A DNA stretch of 64,000 nucleotides from Podarcis erhardii. Taxonomy: Eukaryota. The translations under genes and the position numbers were made by a program. The first letter of the stretch is position 1. Each line of letters begins with the position of its first letter. The stretch is from the NCBI GenBank assembly GCA_964252035.1, contig OZ176204.1; one strand, given 5' to 3'. Shown here piece after piece: positions 1 through 13,860 of this stretch. Under the pieces are notes generated by a model, which was given only the letters and a program-made list of their open reading frames with translations, did not search any database and was not told the origin of the DNA.

Positions 1-80
1 CAACTCCCATGATCCCTAGCTAGCAGGACCAGTGGTCAGGGATGATGGGAATTGTAGTCTCAAAACATCTGGAAAGCCTG
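1..80. mobile_element. Partial palindromic hAT MITE at the window start
   Basis: Same core as 34005-34140 and 60058-60193. Confidence 0.8.
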
Positions 81-170
81 ATCTAGAACATGACTATTAA
101 ACTAAAGATGTTTGCCTTTTTTCTTCCCATGCTCCTGCAATTAAATTATTTTAGTTTAACTAAAACTCAC

Positions 171-1291
171 GTTGTTGGCATCCATATGTCTCACAAGACA
201 ATGGAATGTGCCTCCGCTGCATTAGCAGCACTGAAGTGACCTACCCAGGACACAAACTTGGGCAGTCTGTATGGAGGTCCAGATGGCAAGACCCCACCTC
301 TTGGCCTCGCTGATGTGGTCCAAAGGAAAGCGGAGAAAAATGTTTTGGCACCAGCTTGGCTGTAGGAGTTGCCAGAAGGAGACATACAAGGCGCCATCCA
401 ACCATCTTAGAGACTCCACTCTGGATTTCTGTAGGGTTTACACCTTAGCCTGCCTTCTCCCAAAGATATCCCGTGAGGCAGTGGAGGTTTAGGATCAGTG
501 TTTTCCTTCTAGGTGAGTTATTTCCCAGGTTGACAAGCCCCATCTGCCCCTCACTTCGCTCTACAGCATATGCAAAAACTGCTTTCTTGACCACTGGACC
601 CACTATTGGTCTCATCCATTCAGTCCACCAGTGGCTGTCTTCGCATGCAGGGGAAGTCCCTAACTCACCAAGGGTTTGAGACCCATTGGCTACCCTCATC
701 TGGTTTAGCCAGCCAGTCGGAGCTGTTCCTGGGGTGTTGCCACTGTCACATGCTGACAGCTTCTAGGAGCCACAAGTGAGAGCTGAATGCAGGGTGAAGA
801 CCAAAGGTAGACATACAAGGTAAAGGTAAAGGACCCCTGGATGGTTAAGTCCAGTCAAAGGCGACTATTGGGTTGTGGCGCTCATCTCGCTTTCAGGCTG
901 AGGGAGCCAGCGTTTGTCCACAGACAGCTTTCCAGGTCATGTGGCCAGCATGACTAAACCGCTTCTAGCTTAACGGAACATCGTGATGTAAGCCAGAGCG
1001 CACAGAAATGCCATTTATCTTCCCCGCCACAGCACTACCTATTTATCTACTTACAATGGCGTGCTTTTGAACTGCTAGGTTGGCAGGAACTGGAACAGAG
1101 CAACAGGAGCTCACTCTGTCATGGGGATTTGAACCGCCGATCCTCCGATCGGCAAGCCCAAGAGGCTCAGTAGTTTAGACCACAGCGCCACCCACATCTC
1201 TACAATGCCTACAAAGACATACTATCCCAGAAGGAGCACAACATGTCCCTCACCATTGGTACTATCCTTCCCCTAACACCCCATACAGCCC
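171..1291 (-). mobile_element. Non-autonomous RTE-tailed element (copy 1), interrupted by a Sauria SINE
   Basis: Homologous along its length to 44047-44781. Minus-strand 3' end GGCACATTCCATTGTCTTGTGAGACATATGGATGCCAAC matches the RTE-type tail at about 20350-20396. Confidence 0.75.
817..1200 (-). mobile_element. Sauria SINE (Squam1)
   Basis: (ACCTTT)n tail and tRNA-like head; AGACATAC present on both sides. Confidence 0.92.
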
Positions 1292-3430
1292 TATATTTAC
1301 TCATAGTTCTTACATAAGAAGAGGCCTACTAGATCAGGCCAAAGGCCAATATCGTCCAGCTTTCTCACAGCAATCAGATGCTCATGGGATGTCCACATGC
1401 AGGGTATGAGTATAATAGCTTTCTCCCCACTTGCGATTTGCAGCAACTTGTATTTGCAGGCATATTTCCTCTTACAAGGTACATAGGATCCATGTGGCCC
1501 TTTCTTTCTGCCGCTTCTCATATTTCGCTTGAAATGTTACTGCCTCAGTGAACGTGAATGTTCAAAGAAAGATGGTTTGATAAGCCTTCAAAGAAGTGGT
1601 TTGCGGCAGCAGAAACCCAATAGTCTCAAGGCAAAACTCTGGGTCGTGTCACAAGGCTGGCCAAAAATCTAGCTAAAGTACCGTAAATTACAGTAGGGAT
1701 CAGCAATCTAATCCTGGGGCCAACATGAAGAGCACTTCCAGTAGCCAGTATAATGATTGGCTACTATTGTAAAATTGTGAAACAATATTTGACAGACAGT
1801 AGGAGAGACGTCTTCAGCCTCTTTCTTGCTCACAAGCTGGCCCTCCTCTAAATTTAATGGATTACCAGCGCTCTAGGCCAACATTTGGCTGGCCACTCTG
1901 GGAAGCAAAATGCTAAATTTGATGGATCTTTACTCTCTTAGGTGGTGGTGGGTGTCTCTGACAGCAGAGGGATTTGTGAAACAAACAGGGCTCTTCTCTG
2001 TGCTTGCAGTGATATTGTTAAGCCACACCAATTTTGTGAGCTAAAGTCATATGGAGACTAAAATAGAATTTTATTATAGGAGTTCATTGCAGCCAGCACA
2101 ACAATATTTCACAGTTAGTGGTCGGGAACTGTACTATATCTCACCATTATTCCAGCCTTATAATCCTCCCCAGTTTCAATGTATTGTCAAAATGAAAGGT
2201 TCTCGGTGAAATGACCCAGTTGTCTTTAGTCAGCTAATGTTATTGCTGCTTTTTGCAATGGCTGTGATTAATTTTCCCATGCAATAAAGTACTGTATTTG
2301 GAAATAATATATATTTTGCTGTCTGAATAGATAGGTGTACAGCTTCTCTCCCGGGAAAAGATCTAATTACTTGTTTGAAATAACTTACTGTAGGCAATTT
2401 GGACTTTCTGTTAAGATTAATTGACTTTAATTGGTCATTGAATAATAAAGAGATGAGAAAAATAGGGGACAAATGCATGTAGAAAAATGGAGAACTATTA
2501 AGTCCTCTGCAATCCACCAAAGCTTTTATGATTATTTTATTGTTTTAAGCAAAGAGAATTATGAACCTGAATTATTTCCCCTTAGAAATGGCAAAAACTC
2601 CAGTGTTGTTACATTTTCAAATTATTCCTTGTTATTTCTGGTTTTAAATTCTTAATTGTTTTTATGACTTAATCTGTTTTATATTCTGTTTCTGTACTCC
2701 ACTTTTTATGTTGGTTTATTGTTTGGTTATACTGTATTTTGTATCTTTTTATTTTATTGTCAGGTGGAGTTGAGATTATAAGATGCTTTGTGGAGGACGT
2801 TCCTCAAAAAGTGGAATATGAATGTTTAAATAAATATTTAAATTAAAGAAAACACTGCTTATACCTTATACTGTACTAAGACATCCTTTTATCGGACATC
2901 CTCTGTAGGAGAGCAAATAAATGAAGGTATCAGTAGCAAGCATAAAAGTGCTGAAATGGAGATAGGAGAACAAACAATACTGATTATATAAATATATATA
3001 TATAGTGTTGTAGTCTAGATTTTTCCAGATTGCATATTATGCTTATTATGAAAGATTGAGGCAGTGTTTTGAAAAGTAGCTCCTCAGTTGTCAGTGTAAT
3101 GTGTGCATTATCAACTAGGCATCCTGGCATATGAACCCTTTAAAAAAAATAGCTATGACCCAGGAAGCCTGCTTCCAGAGAGCGGACGCAGAAGTATGGT
3201 CTGGCTGGAGAAGCTTTTTACTACTCGAAGAAGTTTCCCTGACATCATCAGAAATTGAGTCTGTTAACCATTAACCTGGCCTGCGGTGAGTTTCTTCATA
3301 AAAAGCTAAAAACAACACTGAGAGGAAATCCATAGGGATTTTTTTGGCTAAAAGGGGAGAAGGAACCTGAGTGTTTATTGTTTCATTTTTCATTTTATGC
3401 AATTGTAAAATACTCTATTGTAAACAAATA

Positions 3431-3671
3431 CAGTGGTACCTCGGTTTACGAACTTAATCTGTTCCAGAAGTCCGTTCTTAAACCAAAACCGTTCTTAAAC
3501 CGAGGCGCGCTTTCCCTAATGAGGCCTCCAGCCACCAGTGCCCTTCCACCATTTGGCTTCCGTTCTTAGACCGAGGTAAAGTTCTCAAACCGGGACACCA
3601 CTTCTGGTTTTGCGGAGTTCATAAACCAAATCATTCATAAACAGGATTGTTCTTAAACCGAGGTTCCACTG
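3431..3671. mobile_element. Tc1/mariner (Tigger-like) MITE
   Basis: TIR CAGTGGTACCTCGG / CCGAGGTTCCACTG, TA on both sides. Confidence 0.88.
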
Positions 3672-4991
3672 TATGTATATATCAGTGGAAACATGTTCAG
3701 CAGTTTAAAGATGAAAGTGAATAAAAACTATCATTATCCCAAATGGGGGGGGGGAGGCATTATAGTGTTACTGAGAAAATTAAACGTGTCCGTCCCCCCC
3801 CCCCCCGCTGCTTTTAGATTTAATTTCAAATTATTTAATTCACTTTTTTACTTTTGAGAATGAACACCTCCCCACTACAACAAGATGTGATGATGGTACC
3901 TGCCGAAGCTAAAAAAGAAAGGAAGACCGTGAGGTCTCCTTTCAACAACCACCAGCCATTTTTGTTTGTATTTTTAAAATGGTGTTATTTAGGAACATAG
4001 AAATCTGCCTTATACTGAATCAGACCCATTGTTCCATCTAGCTCAGACTGGGGACATTCCCAGCCCTGCTCAGAAACGCCAGGGATTAAGTCTGGGAACT
4101 TCTGCATGTAAGACAGGTTTTGAACCACTGAGCAATGGCCCATATGAGTTCCAAGTACTACTTTAAACCTATAGATCCATTGGATGTTCCTGAGCTTTTG
4201 CACTGTGTGTATAAATAACTCTTCCCTATCCAGTCCCTTCAGAATGCTTGTAAATTTTATATAAGCCTATCATATCTCCAGTGCACATTGGGATAAGGTT
4301 AACTCGTTGGTGTTTCCCAGCATGCTCATCATTTAAGGAGTTAGGAAAGTCCAATGAAAAGATGCCATAAATCTCTGGTGTTTTGATAGCACAAAGATAA
4401 GAAAGGTTAATGGAACTATTAACATTGGGAAACCAAGATCAGTAAGAAGAGCGCTAGGAGGAGAAAACAGGTTTTGAGTTTTAGTGCTTGCATTGTCCCT
4501 GCTAGGAAGTACATTACCATTAATCTTTATTAATGCTGACATGCCACCCATTATAATGCCAATGCCAGGGACAAAAAATAACCAGTACCCTTGAGGAAGA
4601 GAATGTAAATTGAATTAGTTTAGAAACTTAGCTAAACTACAGGGAATCTGCCAGAGGATGCTTTTTTAAACAATTTGGCTCAAAACACCACTTTGGAACC
4701 TGTCTGTATAAATAAAAGGGGGAAGATCAAGCAAGAGGAAACAAAAAAATGGAAAATAAGTTTAACAATTTTCAAAAGAGATTCTGAATTGGATCTGAAG
4801 GTGCTGTACTGCTCAGGGAATGACTCCTTTGGACCCAATCATATATCTTTGGCTTTTTAAGCTAATTTAAGTATCTGATCCAAAGCATATTTAGATGCAA
4901 GGATGTACACTAATTACTTGGTGGGGGTGCTTCTGTGTAAGCTTAGAATTGCTGTGTAAGTTTGAAATCCTATGCACATTTATTTTAATTA

Positions 4992-5250
4992 CCGTATTTT
5001 TTGCTCTATAAGACTCATTTTTTCCCTCCTAAAAAGTAAGGGGAAATGTATGTGCGTCTTATGGAGCGAATGCAGGCTGCACAGCTATGACAGAAGCCAG
5101 AACAGCAAGAGGGATTGCTGCTTTCACTGTGCAGCGATCCCTCTTGCTGTTCTGGCTTCTGAGATTCAGAATATTTTTTTTCTTGTTTTCCTCCTCCAAA
5201 AACTAGGTGCGTCTTGTGGTCTGGTGCATCTTATAGAGCGAAAAATACAG
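4992..5250. mobile_element. Tc1/mariner MITE (CCGTATTT TIR family)
   Basis: TIR CCGTATTTTTTGCTCTATAAGA / TCTTATAGAGCGAAAAATACAG, TA TSD; inverted copy at 40514-40772. Confidence 0.9.
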
Positions 5251-8200
5251 TAAATTATTTGTTATCGTTTTTATTATTTAAAATTCTATTCTCAAGAGGA
5301 TGAATCCAGACTGGAGCTGTATGAAGTCTATATAGCAAAAATGTAACATGAATTTAGTTTTCCTGGGATTTTGTGGATTCATTTGACTTTTTAGCATCAC
5401 CAAAGATCCTGGGATCTACTTCATTACTAAATGTATTGTGTACCTAATGTGGATTAACACCAATTGTAAGGAATGATGTTTATGTCTTGCAAAAGGGGTT
5501 TTGACAAAGTGCCCATTTGCTCACTTTCAACTATGGTTTTTATTGATAAATAGTTTTTTTAAAACGTATAGCATTTTAACTATACCTGAAAATCTATCAG
5601 TCTAAATAATTTGAGGGACAATATCAGGAAGAAAATAGGGGAAGCTATGAAGATGCCTCCTGATTTATACTGCCGAATCAGAAACATACTCAACATTTTC
5701 CATTGTTTCTTAATTAGCTAACAGAAAAGAAGTTACTTATCATTAGGAATGCAGGTGGAATTTGATATCTGTGAATTCCAAAGTGGACTGACCTGATCCA
5801 CGTCACCCCAACTAGCATGTGGATTGGAACATAATTGTCCTTCAGACTTCTCTGAATTTTTCCTATACATTTCTCAGCTCAAAAACATACCACAATGCAT
5901 ATTTTAAAAATGTATCTTTTGTGTTAAAATGTGTTTTTAGAAACACATACTTTGAGATAAAGTACATATTTTGTGAAAAAAAATCAAAAGTTAAATATAA
6001 TTCTCATGCTTTTTAAAAAAGATATATTTTTACAAATTAATGTGTTAAGAGGAGAACAGACTTATGAATGAGTACATGCATGCACAATTCACACAGACTG
6101 AAAATAGGCTGATCCAGCCATAATCAACACTTAGTATATGCCTCTCTGACCCTGTTTGGTAGCATAGAAATGTAATGCCCCCAAGTGGAATATACCAACA
6201 CAGCACCTTAAGGCAGTATGAAGAAGAGCAAGGGATCTTTTCTAAGTTCACAAAGCTTTAACCTATGATATTCTGATTAGATCTTTTTTAAAAAATAAAT
6301 AAAACGTATGTGCATGTAAGGGGGTGGTGCAATGCACTGTCTAAATTATACAGATTCGTTCCTGGAAGCTAATTTGCTTTCTAGCAGTAAAGAAAGCGAA
6401 ATCCAGGAAATAGAATGAAGTGCTCTTCAAAGGATGACTTGTGTGCACTTGGCAATAAAATGCATCCCTTCTTGAAAATATGCCATAGAGTAGGATCAAT
6501 ACTCAGTCTTGTGTGAAAGACGCAGACATTTTTTTGAGAATTACTAGAGTTGGTTCACATAAGCTGTCGATTGATTCAAATGTGTTTTCTCGGGCACATC
6601 CAGACCCCACATTTAAAACACTCTTATCCTACTTTTAACAATCATGACTTTCCTGCAAAGATACCTAGAAACTGTAGTTTCGACAGGATGCTTGGAGTTG
6701 TTAGGAAACCATTAACTAACTGCAATCCCCATGTCTCTTTGGCGAAAGCCATGATGCAATAAAAGTGCTTTAAATATGTAGTGTTGACAGTGCCAGTATT
6801 CAATGGGACATTTCATAAAGAAAAGCAAAAGTTGAAATCTGCCACACAGTACAGGTATTTCAATAGTTCAATTATGATTAGATGTTTAAATTAGGAAACT
6901 GAAAACCTACAGGTTATATAGATGGATGGTTTGCTTTGACATCACTGACTGACAGACTCAAAAGAGTATCAAAATTCCTTGGGTTTTCCCCTGACAGACA
7001 ACTGATATTCATGGATTCCAATATATCTTGCATTTTAGACACATCTGAAAATAATATTTTCTTGTGCAGTTTCTTTGGCACCTAGACTACGTGCATTACC
7101 TCAATGTAACAATTGGCCCATATGGACAACGGATTGCCAGAATGTGCTAGTTTCTTAAATGAACACCAGTTTTGTGGAGCAGGGAAGGGAATGTAAGGGA
7201 GGCTGGGAATGTAAATCTGAATCCACAATCCATCATGAGAGATTTTTGCCTCCTACGTTATTTAACAGAGGCAGTGGGAGGATATTTACGCTAGCAACTG
7301 GGAACACCTCTACATTCAAAATTCAAGCTGGTTACGTAGACAGAGACTGGATACACATATGGCATCCGTCCCATGTGCTGGGTTGAAACTGGGTGTGTAC
7401 CTGACTCTGAAGCTCTTGTTGAAAACAGTACCCTGTAAATATCCTTTTTGGCCACAGCAAGCTGTAATGCTGTTTTCCTATATCAGAGGGATGGTATTGC
7501 TTGAAAGTGCATATCTTGAAATAAAGCCCTTGAGCTGCACAGATAATGGGAGGTACTGCCCCAGGAATTTCAACTTTCATTCAGAACAAACAAAATATGT
7601 GACTGCTGTCTTAGCATCACATTAAATGTTTTATTTTCTGTCAAATAATATTTTTTAGTTTTTCAATTTTTTAACGAATCAATATCGAATCACATCAGAT
7701 TTAAATTATTTCCCCCCAAAAAAGTTGGCTTCCAACTCTTTTCCCTAAACGCATCCCTACTCTCCCCCACCACCACCATTGCTGCTTGATATTACATATT
7801 TATCTCTAATTCACATTTCATTCCTTATATCAGATTTTATTTTTTGATATATCTTTCCTCAGTGATGTAGATAGGAGACGGCTGTGGAAAGGACTGCTCT
7901 GTAAAAGGGGAAGATTTTGCAGAGAGAGCCAAGCTCATGGGGAGGGAAGCTGCAGTGTGCCCCACATGCCCCCCCCTTTATACAATGAGTTCCCGTAGAA
8001 GAGTTTTATCAAGCCTGATTGATGTACACAGTGGAGGGAAGGAGGTGAGGCAATACCCATGGCTAGAGTTTTCCCATTGCTGCTGTAACTTTTTCTGTGT
8101 AGCTTAAGCCTGGGATATGCCTAACGAGTTCCTGTATTACTTAATGAGAAGCAGGTCACATGTGCTGCCAGGACCTCTTACCTTTTATCTGGCTGATCAA

Positions 8201-8314
8201 TCCTCCTCCTCTAATAGACAGGCCAGACCTTGCCATGCGGCTCTAGGCTTGATTACTGCAATGTAGGGCTACCCTTGACGACTACTATGCAGCTTCAACA
8301 GGTACAGATTCCTG

Positions 8315-9448
8315 GGGGCCACTAGGGGCCGCATCAGAAGATGGCTGACAATAACATCTCTCCGACCCACACGAGGTAATTTGGAGGCTGTGATGGGAGT
8401 AAATAGCCTCCCTACCCCCCCCCCAGGATTGTGGGGTGGGACTGCCCTTGCCTGCTGTGCCCTATACCACCCCCGAATTTGTGGGGATGGGGGCACTAGG
8501 CACAATGCCCTCCTGTGGGATTTCGGCGCTCCTGGACGCCGTCTCTGATCCGCGCCACTAGCTGCAAGAACTTCAAAAGAAACAATTTGGATGAAGCGAA
8601 TGCACATATTTCAAGGAAGAAGGGGGAGTAAAGACTGCTAACAGAAGAGATCTCTGATAAAACAAGAAGAGTCGAAGGAGCAAGTATAAATCACGAGAAG
8701 ATACGCCAAGACTCGGTATGGCAAAGGGACTGATGGGGGAGGGGGGAAAACCTTACTTACTTTCTTATATGTGATTAAACAAGAACACCCCCCCACAAGC
8801 CAGAAATGTCGTTTTAAGGACTTAAGCTGTGGATTTAAGGCTGTGTGGAGATAAACTTTCGAACCAAAGCATGTTTTGAGAAGAGCGTGGAATGTATAAG
8901 GGCTTTGGAATGACGCAGTTAAAAGTGCCGTCGCCATATTGGGAAGTTCTGTCGGAGGATTTAAGTCTGAGAGGAGAATTAGAGAAATATAGCTGTTTTT
9001 ATATTGTGGGTGAAACTCCTCAGTGGGACTTAAGAACGACAGTTCTGTAATTAATGATGGAAAGAGCGCTGTTATCTATGAAGGCGATGATATATGGAAA
9101 CCATCTCGATTTGAGGATTGGAAGAACGGAAAAATTCACACAGGATTATTATTGGTGTTTATCGGCTTAAGGAGACTATCAGAAGAGATCATAAAGAAAA
9201 AAGAGAAAATATATGAACAAGAGGTGATGTGGAAACAGCAAGATAAGACTGGATAGAATTATGAACTTTGTTTGGACTGATTTGGACATTAACGCAGTAG
9301 CAAGAAGATGTTCAGAATCCCCCTTCGGATCTTGAAATATGGGTCCCCTCAACAAAATTTAAAATTCGGCTTTGTAATTCGGAATTTATGTGATGTGATG
9401 TGATGTGATTTGATTTGATTGGCTGTTTAATAAAAATTATAAAAAAAA
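8315..9448 (+). mobile_element. 1.13-kb non-coding poly(A) retroposon, probably L1-mobilised and non-autonomous
   Basis: 19-bp TSD CAACAGGTACAGATTCCTG at 8296-8314 and 9449-9467. G-run 5' end with AAGATGGC at 8338-8345; AATAAA at 9429-9434 followed by an A tail; no long ORF. Confidence 0.85.
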
Positions 9449-10726
9449 CAACAGGTACAGATTCCTGTTCTGCACTTTCTAAGTGGTTTTAAGGATTCAC
9501 CCATATCCGTTTTGTTCTGTGCCATACATTTTCTGGCAGTCTGCTTCCAGTTCCAGTTCAAGGTACTAGTTTGAACGAGTGTTCGAAACTCCCATTGTTC
9601 TAGGCGCATTTTTGCGACAGGGAATTTCATTAGCGCTCTGGGTGCAGTACTGTGCCCAAGTTTTCAGAGTGGAAGGAAAGGAGGACCCTTTTCTGCCTCC
9701 CCAATTCTAGCTCTTCTCTGAAGACTGGAAAAGAGACCTCCTTAAGGATATTAGGGGGGTGGGCAGGGGAAGGACTAGACCATGTGAAAAATGAACATAA
9801 TATTTTTGCTGCAGTTCATTCATTTTTAGCTTTGTATTCTTGTTATTAAAAAGTGTGCCTAGACATTCTCTTGCTGCACCCATAGCCTAAATTTAAGATG
9901 CCATTTATCTCCTAGCTTTCATATCTCAGTTTCTAACACTGGTTTGAACTTTTCAAGCCTTCCATGACCCCAGTCCCTTGCCTTTCCCTATAAAAGCCCA
10001 CCTACAGGTTTTCTCATCTATGCCACCTTTGCAGCAGGCATGGGCAGCTTATATTAATATTTTTACAGTAGCTGACACTGGACTATCTTCCCAGTAGAAG
10101 GGAAGAAGTTTGCAGGCCTGGACCTTTGAAAGGGTTGTAGGAGTATGTAATCTTTTCCACCAGATTTTTGTCCGGTTTCTGTAGGAACTGTTAAGATTTA
10201 GAATATTTGGTACTGCTGGTGGTATTTAAGTTGTTTTAAAATGTATTCTTTTACTGCTATGTAAACTGCTTTGTACATTGGGGAAAGTAGTATAAGATTC
10301 ATTTAAATAAATATGGTTCAAAAATATTCTTTATAGGGTAATCACTTCTTAAGCAACTTGGCACAGCAATATAGGAGGAGGCAGGATAATGTGAAGGGTA
10401 GGAACTCATAGTCCCCAATATAAGCTTGGGGATCGGACCCACCCCAGCCCACATCAGTTTCATGGGAGGAGGAAGTTATCCTACATACCAGCTGGCTGAG
10501 CCAGTCCTGCCAGTGGGATTGGTGGCAATTGACTCTAGTAATTGCAGCACATTGTATTTCACACATGCAGCAATGGAATAATTAGACAACATGTTTACTC
10601 AGTAATAGAATCATAGAATTGTAGAGTTGTAAGGCGTCCCAAGGGTCATCTAGTCTGCAAGTAGGAAATCACTGCATATATCATATGTAGTAGATATATG
10701 GCAAGATGTTTAGAACTCTGTTCATA

Positions 10727-10871
10727 ATAGCTCAGTTGATAAAGCATGATACTCTTCCTTTCAGGGTCATGGGTTCGAGCCCCATGTTGGCCTAAAGATT
10801 CCTGCATTGCACGGGGTTGGACTAGATGACCCTCAGGATCCCTTCCAACTCTACAGTTCTGTGATTCCATG
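10727..10871 (+). mobile_element. Squam3-like SINE (tRNA-derived head plus CR1 tail)
   Basis: ATAGCTCAG...GGTTCGAGCCC A/B boxes followed by the CR1-type tail GGGTTGGACTAGATGACC...CCAACTCT...GATTC. Confidence 0.85.
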
Positions 10872-11738
10872 TCACTAATGTGTTCCTCCATTCGCTCTCA
10901 GGTTCACCTGATGGTCTTATTAAGATAGATGTCTTCTATGGAGTTCCTTAAATATGCCCCATATTATGCCCCCAGACTAGGAGACCTTAGTTCCAATCCC
11001 TATTTAGCCACAGATCTTTTGGAGTTAAAGACAAAAAAATGTGACTGCTATATTAGCATCAGACTATATTTTCTTTTCAGGGACACATGCAGGCATATAT
11101 TTTTACACCCATACTGCACCAATTTGAATGCAAACTGAAGGCACTCGGGGGGGAGGGGTGCATTATCAGTAATTAGGTCTATAAGCAATAAAAGCGCATG
11201 GTGTTTTTCCAAGTATGAATCATGTCCCCACTAGTAATACTAAAAGCAGGGTTACCCTAGGCTGGGCCGAAAGCTATGCAACAATTATGTTGAAGGACTG
11301 GGCATGTGGTTGGCTGTGTGTGTGTAAAAGATTTAGTACACTCAGGAGCCGTAAAGCTGACTTTCTTCTAAAGCTTAAGGAATATGTTTCGTGATACACT
11401 TAATTATGCCACCCACTTCCCATGATTAGAGTCAGTAACAAAATTGGCTTCAAGTTATTTGGCCAATGAAATAGAGCCAGACTGTCCCTCGATTTCGCAG
11501 TCCCAGAGCACCTGGTGGTTATAACACAGTTCTTACTGGCAGTGGGTGTGGAAGAAGATGTGATTTTTCTAACCAAGGGCTGGGCCTAGTCTGATCTTCC
11601 TCATACCATGGATCATTTGTATTTTTTCTGTAAAAGAAGTAGTATGGTGTCCTATTGCCTCTGAGTCCTCTGGCAGATGGATGGGGACCATTTGGGCTTC
11701 CCTTCAGTTCTGAAGTCCCAGGGTAACTAATAGATTAT

Positions 11739-11962
11739 CAGGGGTGCCCAAACTTTTTTCAAAGAGGGCCAGATGAAGTGAACATGCGTGAGGGCTGACC
11801 AAAGTTGTTGAACTTTTTTTAGGATTGAAGTTGTTGAGCTTTTTTTTACAATTTCCCCCCAATTGTTGCGAATTTTACCCCAGGACATCTACTGCCACGG
11901 GGCCCAGATTAAATCGACCAGCGGGCCGCATTAAACCCCAAAATGGATTTTGGACATGCCTG
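11739..11962. mobile_element. hAT (Charlie-like) MITE
   Basis: CAGGGGTGCCCAAACTTTT...GGGCCGCATT...TTTGGACATGCCTG ends; TSD not clean. Confidence 0.7.
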
Positions 11963-13162
11963 GATTAAATGGTAGCTAGAGTTTCAAATATGCTTTGAAT
12001 TGCTTCTGTTTGCTTCTAGTTTGCTCAACACTCTAGCCGCATTTGGCACTGGTTTCTGGATTGCCTTCATGAATAGACCCACATAGAATGTGTTGTGTTA
12101 TGTTTGCTTTTGGTACCTCATTTATTTTATTTGCTTTTCATTTATTTTACATAAATCAAACACCATGAGTTTTCTTGGTCGCTGCTCCCAGACTACCTGC
12201 CAAAGAAGACCAAGGCAATACTGTCTTTTACGACTTTCCACTGGTAGGCAAAAGCCTACTTTTTCAGGCTCCTGATGCCGATCTGTACAAATTGGCTTCT
12301 ACTAGTTGTGTTTGTTTATGTTTATGTGCCTTGTTTTTTATTTGTATTTTATTACACTTCTTTGCATCTATATTATATTAACCGTCACAGTGGGTAAAAA
12401 GTCAGGATACAAATGTAACAAATAAACACATTTATAATAATAAATCAGTCTTTGCACCAGTCTTTGATACATTTGCCTTTCTCTTCAATCTGATTTGAAT
12501 TAGGCCATCTAAAGGGTCTTTCATTATTCCTTGGAATTGTAACATACCAATTCCAGATGCTTCCAAAATATTTGTGCACAAATCTGCATGTATTTGTTCA
12601 GCGCTTGCCCTTCATTCAGAGTTACAGGGAAAGAAATGAGATGATCTGTTCATTATTTCATTTTATAAATGCAAAGATTATCCAACACCACAGACTGAAT
12701 AGGAAAGAGACATGACTCAGAGCCACGTGGACTCAAAACAGATGATCAAACTTTCCTTCTGCCAGAAATGCTACCTTTGCTTTGCTGATGTTGCAACCTC
12801 TTTCAGAGTACACAGTGGTGATGTATTTGAGAATACCTCCCATTTCTTCCTAACATCTTCTGTTTGCTTCCCAGTCTGCACTAATTAAAGGGGTGCCTTT
12901 CTCAGTCACTGACTCGCATGTGTTTGAACAAAGCTATTAAGAGGGAGCTGCTCTGTAGTTTTTAAGGAAAAGTGTGTTTCGTACTGGGAGTTGTCTCTCT
13001 GAGACAGTTCTTCACCCTCAAGTTCAGTATCTGAAACCCCTTCCAAATAGTGTGAGCCACTTTACATATTTAGTGAAAAGTGTAGGATTAGAATCATTCT
13101 CTTCTTCTGTGTCACTCACCAGGTCCTCAGCACAAGAAACTCTTCTTGTATTTGTACTGAGT

Positions 13163-13190
13163 GTTTGTTTGTTTGTTTGTTTGTTTGTTT
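13163..13190. repeat. (GTTT)7 microsatellite (another at about 15210-15242)
   Basis: Direct reading. Confidence 0.9.
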
Positions 13191-13714
13191 AAGACCATTT
13201 CTAAACCTCTTCATATTAAAAATCTCTACACAGTCTCCCAATAAATCCCAAATGTACAATAAAACCAGCCATATAAGCCACTAAAAACAACATCATAGAA
13301 AAACACAAATGCAATACACCATCATAAAGTCCAAAAGGACAGGGCCCACCTTTAGGGAAGCTCAAAAAAAGAGGAAACACAAAACTCTTCTTGCATAGGA
13401 AAGGGGAAATGTGATGTTTCTTTGATGTTTTGTTGCTGCTTTTATTTCCATTTCACTTGCTTCCAAATAAGAGAGCATATGGACTGCAGTCTTAGTACTT
13501 TTGATGAAGGGAGATCTGAGTGAATTAATTTTTTTTAAGAACCTTATGTGTCAAAGAAAGACATATGGGATCATGCTTTTTATTGATTTTGGTTTTTAAT
13601 TGCTCGGCACATATTTTCTCTGTTATTTTATCAAATTGCAATATTTCTGTAGCTGTGGGTGAAGTAACTTCCTCTAGGATGCCTGGAACACAGCCCTTTT
13701 TTAACCATTATAGG

Positions 13715-13860
13715 CAGTGCTTTTTTCCTTTAAAAATGTTTTGGGGTACTCTCATTTTCCTACCCATATTTAAATACTGCCCCTCAATGAGGCCAAACTT
13801 CCATTCACAAAATGTTTAGGGGTACGCGTGCCCCTGCATCCCCCCAGAAAAAGAGCACTG
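13715..13860. mobile_element. hAT MITE
   Basis: TIR CAGTGCTTTTT / AAAGAGCACTG; 8-bp TSD ATTATAGG; inverted copy at 23721-23866. Confidence 0.9.

Noticed and set aside
7159-7625. Cluster of overlapping 75-88 aa ORFs
   Set aside because: No recognisable domain or coherent exon chain; compatible with chance.
10727-10800. tRNA-like sequence
   Set aside because: Degenerate and fused to a CR1 tail, so a SINE head rather than a tRNA gene.
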